A stretch of 64,000 nt of DNA from sequence record OR529409.1. One strand, written 5' to 3'. Every line of letters begins with the position of its first letter. Position 1 is the stretch's first letter. The notes under the pieces are model-generated. The model had not been told where the DNA came from and did no database searches. It saw nothing but the letters and a program-made list of their open reading frames with translations. Made by a program: the position numbers and the translations under genes. Of this stretch, positions 7,540 to 15,945 are shown piece by piece.

Positions 7540-7891
7540 CCTAGAAATCGTTTTTGGTGGATTGATACAGTACGTTATGGATGAGTTCCCCTTGTCTACT
7601 CAGTGTATAACTTTTGATCAAACCTCTTTCGATAAAAGGATAGCGAGAAAACATTATTCTTCGGAAGTACTCGAGGAAATATTGGACGCAATGAAATGTG
7701 TAATAGCTAAACATATTTATGCGCTCACTCCTAACACTTTAATTAGAAAGCCAGTGTTCTATCATCTGATTAATACTCGCGTATTGGCAATCCTTATAAG
7801 TGATTACGATCTAAGAGAGCCCGACCATGCATCGTATCCTCGTTCCAGTAAAACCCATCGCAGACGCAATGACGACTTTCCAACTCCCTGA
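7376..7891 (+). CDS. Hypothetical protein (true start probably later)
   Basis: ORF in the operon. The 164-nt overlap with the previous gene suggests a downstream start. Confidence 0.55.
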   Translation: MKLFPITQELTYFKNLKTLGKGNYKKNLIPLHEMYSEFVSSQRELADVTLIKESDLEIVFGGLIQYVMDEFPLSTQCITFDQTSFDKRIARKHYSSEVLEEILDAMKCVIAKHIYALTPNTLIRKPVFYHLINTRVLAILISDYDLREPDHASYPRSSKTHRRRNDDFPTP

Positions 7892-8195
7892 GATTGGTGC
7901 GATGTCACATAACCAGTTATTAGAAATGATTGTGAAATTGAGCTTAGAAGCTCGTTTTAAATCTTACGGACTTTCTGGTGCGATTGATATCATCAAGGAT
8001 TTAATCTACGCGTTTAAACCAAAGGATTCAGTCCCGGACATCCTATTGGGTTTTTACCTTCTCCCGGGAATGGTCGCATTAACGGAAGAAATGACTGCGA
8101 TTGAGAAAGCCAGGGATGTTTTCGGATGGGACCTTTATTGTCCTAACATGAAGTCACAACATATTGTCGTCTATGCGGGAGAACCACGTGCCTAA
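7827..8195 (+). CDS. Hypothetical protein
   Basis: Overlapping ORF in a co-oriented cluster. Confidence 0.55.
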   Translation: MHRILVPVKPIADAMTTFQLPEIGAMSHNQLLEMIVKLSLEARFKSYGLSGAIDIIKDLIYAFKPKDSVPDILLGFYLLPGMVALTEEMTAIEKARDVFGWDLYCPNMKSQHIVVYAGEPRA

Positions 8196-8520
8196 GATAA
8201 CTATTCAACTTTCAATACCGCCGGGAACCGATGTGGAAGGATTTGTTTCTGCATATGGCAGTCTCTTAAGAGCACATCGGGTTAAATGTAATATCCCTAG
8301 TCAGGATGTTCAGCTTAACCATCCGTTGGAAGAAGCCCGGGAACAAATTCTGGGAGACTTCCAACGTACCAACTCCCAGCTTCAGTCGATCAGTGCTAAA
8401 TACGCAGACGTCTCGGTGTCCAATGTTCTTTCAGACGGGCGCAAGATGACTATCATTTTAGCGTGCGACAAACCCAATAGTGAGTTCATCAATGCGGATT
8501 TCTCACACCAGTCTCAATGA
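8164..8520 (+). CDS. Hypothetical protein
   Basis: Overlapping ORF in a co-oriented cluster; start uncertain. Confidence 0.55.
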   Translation: MSSMRENHVPKITIQLSIPPGTDVEGFVSAYGSLLRAHRVKCNIPSQDVQLNHPLEEAREQILGDFQRTNSQLQSISAKYADVSVSNVLSDGRKMTIILACDKPNSEFINADFSHQSQ

Positions 8521-8809
8521 AGAAGCTTTCCTGGAGGCTATCAAACAAATTTATTTGAGAGATGACCCCCTTCCTTCTGATCAGACAATTTACGAAGTCG
8601 TTTCCGAATGGGTTGATGATCTCTTTCAAAATGGTCATGTGGAAGAAGATGTCATTGACCTTTTTCTAGATGGGCTCCCACCCACAGAGCTTTTGAAATC
8701 CGTAACGGTACATCCTCTTTTTAGGAAGCGGGTAGTTTATTCCGTTAATCCTTTAAATGGTATGACTGAAACTGTGGGGTTCCCCTTAATCATTCTGGAG
8801 TACGTATGA
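8480..8809 (+). CDS. Hypothetical protein
   Basis: 109-aa acidic ORF; 4-nt ATGA coupling to the next gene. Confidence 0.6.
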   Translation: MSSSMRISHTSLNEEAFLEAIKQIYLRDDPLPSDQTIYEVVSEWVDDLFQNGHVEEDVIDLFLDGLPPTELLKSVTVHPLFRKRVVYSVNPLNGMTETVGFPLIILEYV

Positions 8810-9219
8810 CCATTAGTGTGAAGAACGGGGATATTGTTAGTTTTTCCCTGGTACAAGCAAACATCATCAACAACGATTACACCAACGTAACCGTATTAGG
8901 CCAAGGAATGTTCGACGTTGCTCGGGGAATTGATCCGGAGCTTCGCAATAAACATTACAACCTTTATCCGTATTTCAAGGATAAAGTTAACAACGTGGAC
9001 GATCCTAACTATGCGGATGGTTATCTGATCTTAAAGCTATCCAACGGTGAGCTCAGCGCAATTGGGGTGCCTTGGATCAACGAAGATACCTTTGAGGTCA
9101 TCAGCGGAGAAACCCGTGTTTACACATTCCCTACCTGGAAAAGTAAATATGAGTCAAGTCTGCATGAGCTCTTGGCTAACCTCGGCGTCGAATATTCCTA
9201 TACCAGTACCAAAAAATAA
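8806..9219 (+). CDS. Conserved phiKZ-like hypothetical protein preceding DNA polymerase
   Basis: 137-aa ORF, GGAG SD, ATGA overlap, followed by a terminator. Confidence 0.75.
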   Translation: MTISVKNGDIVSFSLVQANIINNDYTNVTVLGQGMFDVARGIDPELRNKHYNLYPYFKDKVNNVDDPNYADGYLILKLSNGELSAIGVPWINEDTFEVISGETRVYTFPTWKSKYESSLHELLANLGVEYSYTSTKK

Positions 9220-9222
9220 ACC

Positions 9223-9254
9223 GTTACTCTCATCCCATTAGGGATGAGAGTAAC
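9223..9254 (+). terminator. Rho-independent terminator
   Basis: 14-bp stem GTTACTCTCATCCC/GGGATGAGAGTAAC followed by a T-rich run. Confidence 0.8.
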
Positions 9255-9338
9255 CTCTTTTATTATTATTTTTTTATTGTCATTCCTTTTTATTAGACGA
9301 AAACAATTTTAAATTTTAAAGTGAAACGGAGCTTAAAG

Positions 9339-11423
9339 ATGACTGAGACTTTTTTAAGTCCGTTTGTTGATGACGATTACAGTGCCGATAGGAATATCGT
9401 TAAACACTATCATGAACAAATGGCTTTGTATCTTGGTAAAAAGCGCAATGAAGATCCTAAAGCTATTTACGAAGTACTTTCTAAACACATCCAGCCCAAT
9501 CAAAACGGTTATAAAGATCGTCGTATGCAGGTTTTAGTAAAAAACAAGTACGGCGATAGAGAAGTTAAAGTCATGACGGCGTCTAATTTCTTTAATGAAG
9601 TTAGACGTCAGAACTGCCATCTTAGCCCAAGTATGGTTGCTTACAAGAACACTGAAGAAGAGCAATCCGTTAACGCGATAGGAACAGAAAAATTTCTTAG
9701 CCTTCGGTCTCACTACAAGGGGTTAAAACAAAAGGCCAGTGACGAAGGTGATGAATGGGGTAAGAAGGCTTTCCACGAAATTCAAAACGCCTTGAAAATA
9801 TTCAACAACGCTCAATCAGGCGCAATGTCATCCCGTGGGACTCCTCTTGTTAATAAGTCAGGTCATACTGCTCTGACTAGTGCTTGCCGTGCTTTGACCA
9901 GTACCGCTAACATGTGTAATGAAAAGTTATTGGTCGGTAACCGATTCTTTAACTCGTACGAGCGAACGATGGAGAACTTACTGTCGTTACTCTCGGTTAC
10001 TGATATGAAGCGAATGGACGAAGTCATCAAGAAACTGAAGATGAACTACGCGACCATAGACCAGGTTATGGAAATGGTCAAACGTTGTTCTCGTCGGTAT
10101 TGGAGAGACGTTAAACAGCTCGGTTACATTAAAGAGTTTTTGGAACAACTTCGTCCGGTTGAATTAACGGCTTTGCTTTGCAATATGGATATCGAGGGAT
10201 TGAGGGTTACGAATAAAGAAATCCTTTATAAATTCTTTGATGACTTCTCTCATATACCGGAAGTTCCAGAAGGCGCTAAAGCTGAAGATTATACTCCGCC
10301 TGATAACGGGGACCGATACACACTTTGTGTTTCTAAACTCTTAGCGAAACCAAGCAAAGTTCAGTTAAACTTTTTAAACCAGTATCATCTGGAAATGGAA
10401 CATAAATGGAAAGACTTTATTGAAGTCTTCTTTAAATGCTCCATTCCTCCATCGGGCATTTATGAAATCAGGGATATGATCCGAGAGGTAGTTCAAACCT
10501 CAGATACCGATTCCTCGATTTACACCGTAGATAAAGTCGTAGAGGATTACACCGACGAAAAAGGACAATCGTTGAGATTGAATGGGGTCCTTACTTACTT
10601 CATTCGAATGATAGCGGTTCATCAGCACGCTCAGTTAAGTGAAAACATGAACGTTGCTAAACGCTACCGTAATCGTCTGACGATGAAGAACGAGTACCTG
10701 TTTGGAGGATACGTTACAACATTAATGTCAAAACACTATTTTGCCACACAGCTGATGGTAGAAGGGGTATTGAATAAAAATGTTGAAATGGAAATTAAGG
10801 GTGTTCACTTAAGGAGTTCTAAAGTAGCTCATGAGATAAAGGATTTTGCACACAAACTCATGAGGGAGATATTGGATTGTATTTATGACAAACGTCAAAT
10901 GGATGCAGCCGATATTCTCTTTAGAGCAGCAGAGTTAGAAAGGGCCATCATTAAGGATATCAACGAAGGCCAATGGGGTTGGTTAACACGCAACACCATA
11001 AAAAGTGATGACGTGTACACATTGCCGGATCAATCTGTGTATCAATACCACTTACTCTGGGAAGAAGTGTTCTCTCCTAAATACGGGCATGCGCCACCAC
11101 CGCCCTATTCTGCTATGAAAGTTAACCTTTATTTAGGTAATAAAGGTAAGGTCGAAGAGTTTTGTAAGGATCTGGAAGACAGAGAACTTGCAAATCGTTT
11201 ATTAGATTTCTTCGTTAAGAAAGAGAAAAAAGAAATCAGTACTTTCTTTGTTCCTGCTGACGTATTACCAAGATTAGGTAAATTACCCGATGAAGTTATT
11301 AAAGCCGCGGATATCCGACAGATCATTAAACAGAACTTGAAATCTGTTTATGCTGTTTTGGAAGCCTGTGGTTTGTATATCGTAAACGATAAAATAACGC
11401 GTTTAATTAGTGACGAGCATTAA
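9339..11423 (+). CDS. Split family-B DNA polymerase, subunit carrying motifs B and C (phiKZ gp50-like)
   Basis: LKIFNNAQSG (motif B, KxxxNxxxG) and SDTDS (motif C). ATG 9339 has a GGAG SD. Confidence 0.88.
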   Translation: MTETFLSPFVDDDYSADRNIVKHYHEQMALYLGKKRNEDPKAIYEVLSKHIQPNQNGYKDRRMQVLVKNKYGDREVKVMTASNFFNEVRRQNCHLSPSMVAYKNTEEEQSVNAIGTEKFLSLRSHYKGLKQKASDEGDEWGKKAFHEIQNALKIFNNAQSGAMSSRGTPLVNKSGHTALTSACRALTSTANMCNEKLLVGNRFFNSYERTMENLLSLLSVTDMKRMDEVIKKLKMNYATIDQVMEMVKRCSRRYWRDVKQLGYIKEFLEQLRPVELTALLCNMDIEGLRVTNKEILYKFFDDFSHIPEVPEGAKAEDYTPPDNGDRYTLCVSKLLAKPSKVQLNFLNQYHLEMEHKWKDFIEVFFKCSIPPSGIYEIRDMIREVVQTSDTDSSIYTVDKVVEDYTDEKGQSLRLNGVLTYFIRMIAVHQHAQLSENMNVAKRYRNRLTMKNEYLFGGYVTTLMSKHYFATQLMVEGVLNKNVEMEIKGVHLRSSKVAHEIKDFAHKLMREILDCIYDKRQMDAADILFRAAELERAIIKDINEGQWGWLTRNTIKSDDVYTLPDQSVYQYHLLWEEVFSPKYGHAPPPPYSAMKVNLYLGNKGKVEEFCKDLEDRELANRLLDFFVKKEKKEISTFFVPADVLPRLGKLPDEVIKAADIRQIIKQNLKSVYAVLEACGLYIVNDKITRLISDEH

Positions 11424-11426
11424 ACT

Positions 11427-11459
11427 CTACTCCTACTCCCGATAAGGGAGTAGGAGTAG
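11427..11459. terminator. Bidirectional terminator-like hairpin (CTCCTAC family)
   Basis: 14-bp stem CTACTCCTACTCCC/GGGAGTAGGAGTAG between convergent genes. Confidence 0.8.
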
Positions 11460-11469
11460 TTATTATGAA

Positions 11470-12465
11470 TTAAAGTGGGGAACAGCCCTTAATAGTTTTA
11501 GCAATAGAAGAGATCGTATCCATAAACTCGTTCGTGTTACTTATAATGCTTGAACAAAGTTTAAGAATATTCTTAAGTCCATCGATAAAGGGTTTGTCCA
11601 ATTGTTTATCCAGATCATTCCCTTTGTTCATTTCTTCTTCTAATTTATGAATTTTCTTTTCAAGATCAGATTTAGACGATTTGATATTTTCTAAGTTATT
11701 GGAAATTGCGTTAATGAACGATGAGGAATGTGACAAGAATGTGGAAGCCGAGTTGAGGTCTTTAATCCCAGCCACTTCCTTTTTAGCCTGAACCATTCCG
11801 TTTAAAACAGGTTGGGAGCCCTGAACCAACGCAGATATTTTTCTACTGATGGTCTCCCCGTATCCTTCGGGAGTAATGGCCGGAGATTCCACTTTCTTAA
11901 TTTTTTCAAGCTGATCTAAAAAGCCGGCATGAAGAGATTCAAGTTTTTTGCTTTGCTTGTCAAAAGAGCTAGACTGTTCCGCATTAAATTCAAAAACTTT
12001 CTTAGCGACTTCTTTTACGCTGGCGGCCGGGACGACGTTAATCCCATTACGTTTAAGGATGTTCCTTAATTCTTCCTTTCGCTGGGCTGCCTGCTGACCT
12101 GTTTTAGATGAGATCTTTTCGACCATTGCGTTGGCTTGAGCCAGAGTCATCTCCGGAGGAGACTGGACTTCTTTAATGGTCTCTTGGGCTTCTTTAACCT
12201 CTGTTTTGACCGCTTCAACTTTCTTCTTAGAAGATCCCCCGAATACCCAATCGAAGATCTTTTTAAACATCCCTTTAATGTACTCCCACGCTTTCTTTAT
12301 TCCGTCTGAGACGGTATCTGCAAACCCTTCGTTACCAGAAACAAACGTATTGCTGGGTTCGTTAGCCCAAAGTACACCGCCTAAGTAACGTGAAGCGTAC
12401 GTTTCATTCCCGCTGATGCGGTCATACAACCCGTTGAAAACGAGTTCAATGTGATCGTTGTTCAT
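11470..12465 (-). CDS. Putative virion head/ejection protein, paralogue of the gp93-like family
   Basis: SGNE|GFADTVSDGIKKAWEYIKGMFKKIFDW has the same GxE + amphipathic-helix pattern as ORFs 45130, 56155, 57502 and 58981. Confidence 0.65.
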   Translation of the reverse strand: MNNDHIELVFNGLYDRISGNETYASRYLGGVLWANEPSNTFVSGNEGFADTVSDGIKKAWEYIKGMFKKIFDWVFGGSSKKKVEAVKTEVKEAQETIKEVQSPPEMTLAQANAMVEKISSKTGQQAAQRKEELRNILKRNGINVVPAASVKEVAKKVFEFNAEQSSSFDKQSKKLESLHAGFLDQLEKIKKVESPAITPEGYGETISRKISALVQGSQPVLNGMVQAKKEVAGIKDLNSASTFLSHSSSFINAISNNLENIKSSKSDLEKKIHKLEEEMNKGNDLDKQLDKPFIDGLKNILKLCSSIISNTNEFMDTISSIAKTIKGCSPL

Positions 12466-12474
12466 TTAATTTTC

Positions 12475-13587
12475 CTATTTAGAAAGTTTATTTTGTTTTA
12501 ACATGGCGGTGACTTGTTCTAGATATTGCACTTGCAACGGACCTGGAACGAAATGCTTAATCATTCCTTTGATATCCTGCCTAGCCCAAACATCGATATG
12601 ACCATTGACCGTCCCCATTGCGTTGAAGCTTTTATTATTGAGCGCCAAACTAAGTGTCAATAGCTTCATTATTGGGAATTGCCAAATGGCGTTTGTTTGA
12701 CTATATCGATTGTATCTCTTCGCATCTACAATGAGAGGGTTGACATCCATCGTCATAAAGTCGCCTATTCTCTGTATGACGTGTTCAGGAGAATAGCTCG
12801 GTGTTAGCGTTAAAGTCTCGACCAAGAAGGTTAAGAATCCTTTGAGTAATTCACCCACTGGATTGATATTGAACTCCCCCTTGACTACCGTTAATTGGTC
12901 GTCGATATTCTCACCGTTGACTACGACGTTATAGAGCGAATTGAATACACTCAATTGATGCTGCAAACACCTTGCGTTGATTAGAGGAGTGCCGGCTAAA
13001 TAACGATGAGGACCTAATCCAGTTTCTGATCCTTCAGCTAACCGTTCGTTAAGGTAACGCCAATACCCTATACCCAAAGCCGTGATATCCACCCCTATTA
13101 CTGCGAACCCGCCATAATTCATCGGATCGTTTTTGAGCGAAGTGGTATTAGTGTAACGGATGTCCGTCTCGGTGCTAATCAGCGGGATGATGCTGCAAAT
13201 GTCTCTTTCGTCTAAATCGAAATAATCGTCGAGGTTATCTTTAGCCGGATAAGAGACCAACATTTCAGTTAACCCATTTCCGTACATCACGTTTTGTTTT
13301 ACGACGCCTTTATTGTATATAGACGTGATTCCGATAGTGGACGCCCAACTATCTACCTGCATCTCGATCATTGCTTTAAGGTAGGTGGGATCCCATTCAG
13401 GTTGAATGTTCATTAATGAAAGTAGCTGAACCAAAGGATGTTGGTTCTGTAAAACGTAGGTGGTATTGTCGTTCCGTGCGATCCACTGATTACGATTAAA
13501 ATCCAAGATACGTATTACATTACTGAGCCTACCATATTTATAGACGGCAGGACGATGATCGGTTGTTATTAATTTTAAAGGTTTCAT
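12475..13587 (-). CDS. Conserved virion-associated protein (phiKZ gp52-like by synteny)
   Basis: 370-aa ORF divergent from chimallin, in the conserved position. Confidence 0.6.
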   Translation of the reverse strand: MKPLKLITTDHRPAVYKYGRLSNVIRILDFNRNQWIARNDNTTYVLQNQHPLVQLLSLMNIQPEWDPTYLKAMIEMQVDSWASTIGITSIYNKGVVKQNVMYGNGLTEMLVSYPAKDNLDDYFDLDERDICSIIPLISTETDIRYTNTTSLKNDPMNYGGFAVIGVDITALGIGYWRYLNERLAEGSETGLGPHRYLAGTPLINARCLQHQLSVFNSLYNVVVNGENIDDQLTVVKGEFNINPVGELLKGFLTFLVETLTLTPSYSPEHVIQRIGDFMTMDVNPLIVDAKRYNRYSQTNAIWQFPIMKLLTLSLALNNKSFNAMGTVNGHIDVWARQDIKGMIKHFVPGPLQVQYLEQVTAMLKQNKLSK

Positions 13588-13732
13588 TGTAGTCCTGTTA
13601 GTAACTCAGTATTATGTTATTACATATATCTATTATATGTAAACAAACACACCTCTCCGAAAGGAGGGGAGACCAATGCCGCGGAGTAAAAATCCGTTAA
13701 GCATAAAATCGATCAGTTTTTACCACCCCTAA

Positions 13733-13767
13733 ATAATTTCAGACCGATATTATTTAGGTAGATAAAC
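13733..13767 (+). promoter_or_regulatory. Putative early (virion RNAP) promoter of chimallin
   Basis: ATAATT-N6-CGATATTAT-N3-GGT-N2-ATAAAC, repeated at 18958-18992. Resembles the phiKZ early TATATTAC element. Confidence 0.65.
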
Positions 13768-13846
13768 AACACAAATGTTTATCTGTTTTGATCAAACTTA
13801 ATAACATCCCCCTTTATAAAAAGCTAATAGCTATTAGGAGTTAAGA

Positions 13847-15859
13847 ATGTCCGACAATCAAAATGGCAACAACTGGGAACAAACCGTCCTGAACACCGCT
13901 GCTGGTAAAGGAGAGCCGATCGTCTCTGCTTCTGCCGAGAATTTCGGTTCTCAGCTGCTCGGTCTGCTCGGCCAGGCTTCTCTTCTGGGTTCTTCCAAGA
14001 ACGTGCCGGAAGTAGAAGAAACCGCGGCTCTGATCAAGAAACGCGTAACCGATCTGAAAAACGGTACGCCGGGCGAAACCCAGAAGAAGATCCTGCCGGA
14101 AGTGAACATCATCACCAAACCGATCATCTCTGCACTGCCGGGCATCGTGCTCTCCCTGCACATGAACAACAACCCTGCGGTATACGTCATGCCGGTGCTG
14201 TTCTCTAACCGTCATCTGACCAATACCCTGGAAGAGATCCAGATCGACAACGGCGTTAACCAACAGCGCAAAATGTCCATGCCGTTTACCCCGGATTCCT
14301 ACGCTCGTGCTGATCTGTTCGAACAGATCAAAATGCACTACAAAGCGATGCTCCAGGATAAAGGTGTGAGCGAATGCGTGATCATCAACGTGATGGTTAT
14401 CGACCTGGAACAGATCGTTGGTGACGATGTTCTGAATCAGGGCAAATCGCCGCTGCTGCGTGATGAAATCATGCGTAGCTGGGAACAGGGTCTGATGGTA
14501 CAGATCGCGAAAATCGCAGCCAACCAGCCGAAAGCTTCTCTGCCTTCTCCGTTCTCTGCGACCGGTGGCAAAGCCTATGGCCAGCACGGTAATGCGATTG
14601 CTCGCGTTGAACCGATCCGCGGTCAGTATGTTAACGAAGGCCTGCTGTCTCCGGCGAACCTGACCATCCGCATGCAAACTGCTAACCATAACGGTTATCA
14701 GGGTAACGCGGAACAGTCCCGTGAAATCGTCAACACCTACGCGACCGTTAGCCTGATGGGTTCTCCGATCCAGCAGTTCAACCCGCAGCTGACCGGTAAC
14801 ATTCCGCAGCCGTACCTGCAGACCCCTAACGGTCGTCCTCAGGGCTACACCCCGCTGCAGCCGGTGGTTATTATGAACCACGCTAAAGCTGGCGAAGTGC
14901 TGGGCGATGCGACTGGCCTGTCGACCTACTTCATGGGTCTGTTCTCTCTGATGGCGACCAACAGCAACTACCTGTTTGCTGAAGCTCTGCGTTCTAAGAA
15001 CGTAGGTTCTCGTGGCTCCCTGACTGATATGGAACACCGCATCCGTCAGATGGAAAATGGATTACCTCCGCGCACTAAGGGTACTGAGATGACCGACGCT
15101 AAACTGTCGGATATCGATTTCACCACTAACTGGATTCGCGCCAATATTGGACCTAAAGCAGTCTTTGCTGCTGACCTGATCCAGTTCGGCCCGGATGCGG
15201 CAATCTCCAACTTCCTGTTCAACCTCACCTCCGGTGCGAAAGACTACAGCAAATGCGTGAAAACCGTTATTGCTATCGTCGATTCCATCTCCGGTGATGC
15301 GAAAGCCATGTCTGCGGTTATCGCAGAAAACCAGGCCAACAACAATGGTAACGGCGGATGGATTCCAGGTAAACCGGTACTGCACGTTTCTAACGCGCTG
15401 ATCCCGGTCGGTACTGCTGTACTGGATAACAAACGCATTGCGCTCGGCGAAGTGGACGAGATGTTCCTGTCCAAGCACTACAAAGATCAGATCACCCCGA
15501 TGAACCAGTACCTGGAAAACATGTACGGGTCTAACCCGAACGTGCCGGAAAAACTGCGTCGCTACAATCTGTTGATCCAGCTGTCCACCATCTTCTCTGA
15601 AGGTGTAAACCTGTTCGGCTTCGCTCGTCGTTGCTACTGGGATCCGCTGTTCATGGATGCGTTCACTAAAGCGATGAACACCATCGGTTCTCTGCAGGTT
15701 ACTGGCTCTATGGGTCAGTTCGCTGCTAACGTTCAGGTCTTCGCTCCTGGCCAGCAGTATATCTCTCAGGCAACTGCTGGTAACTCCGGTGGCGTCGTTC
15801 TGGGTAACGGTATGATGCTGGGTGCAGGCGGCGGTCTGGTGTTTGGCCCGTCCTACTAA
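13847..15859 (+). CDS. chmA: Chimallin, major phage nuclear shell protein (phiKZ gp54-like)
   Basis: 670 aa, strong high-expression codon bias, strong SD, own promoter and terminator. Lies immediately upstream of the nvRNAP beta' gene. The call is mainly from synteny and size. Confidence 0.85.
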   Translation: MSDNQNGNNWEQTVLNTAAGKGEPIVSASAENFGSQLLGLLGQASLLGSSKNVPEVEETAALIKKRVTDLKNGTPGETQKKILPEVNIITKPIISALPGIVLSLHMNNNPAVYVMPVLFSNRHLTNTLEEIQIDNGVNQQRKMSMPFTPDSYARADLFEQIKMHYKAMLQDKGVSECVIINVMVIDLEQIVGDDVLNQGKSPLLRDEIMRSWEQGLMVQIAKIAANQPKASLPSPFSATGGKAYGQHGNAIARVEPIRGQYVNEGLLSPANLTIRMQTANHNGYQGNAEQSREIVNTYATVSLMGSPIQQFNPQLTGNIPQPYLQTPNGRPQGYTPLQPVVIMNHAKAGEVLGDATGLSTYFMGLFSLMATNSNYLFAEALRSKNVGSRGSLTDMEHRIRQMENGLPPRTKGTEMTDAKLSDIDFTTNWIRANIGPKAVFAADLIQFGPDAAISNFLFNLTSGAKDYSKCVKTVIAIVDSISGDAKAMSAVIAENQANNNGNGGWIPGKPVLHVSNALIPVGTAVLDNKRIALGEVDEMFLSKHYKDQITPMNQYLENMYGSNPNVPEKLRRYNLLIQLSTIFSEGVNLFGFARRCYWDPLFMDAFTKAMNTIGSLQVTGSMGQFAANVQVFAPGQQYISQATAGNSGGVVLGNGMMLGAGGGLVFGPSY

Positions 15860-15883
15860 GAGTTCGGCTGTAAGCTCACTAAA

Positions 15884-15912
15884 GGAGGAGGCGGAAGCCT
15901 CCTCCCTTTTTT
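15884..15912 (+). terminator. Rho-independent terminator
   Basis: Stem GGAGGAGGC/GCCTCCTCC followed by a T-run. Confidence 0.85.
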
Positions 15913-15945
15913 ATGCATTTCATTTTTTGAGTGAACGGAGACGTT

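Noticed and set aside
13841-15478. Long minus-strand ORFs (398 aa, 138 aa) opposite chimallin, and similar shadows at 22320-23102, 48968-49549, 56129-57333 and 59943-60560
   Set aside because: Antisense frames kept open by strong codon bias of the real genes, with no SD and no protein-like composition.
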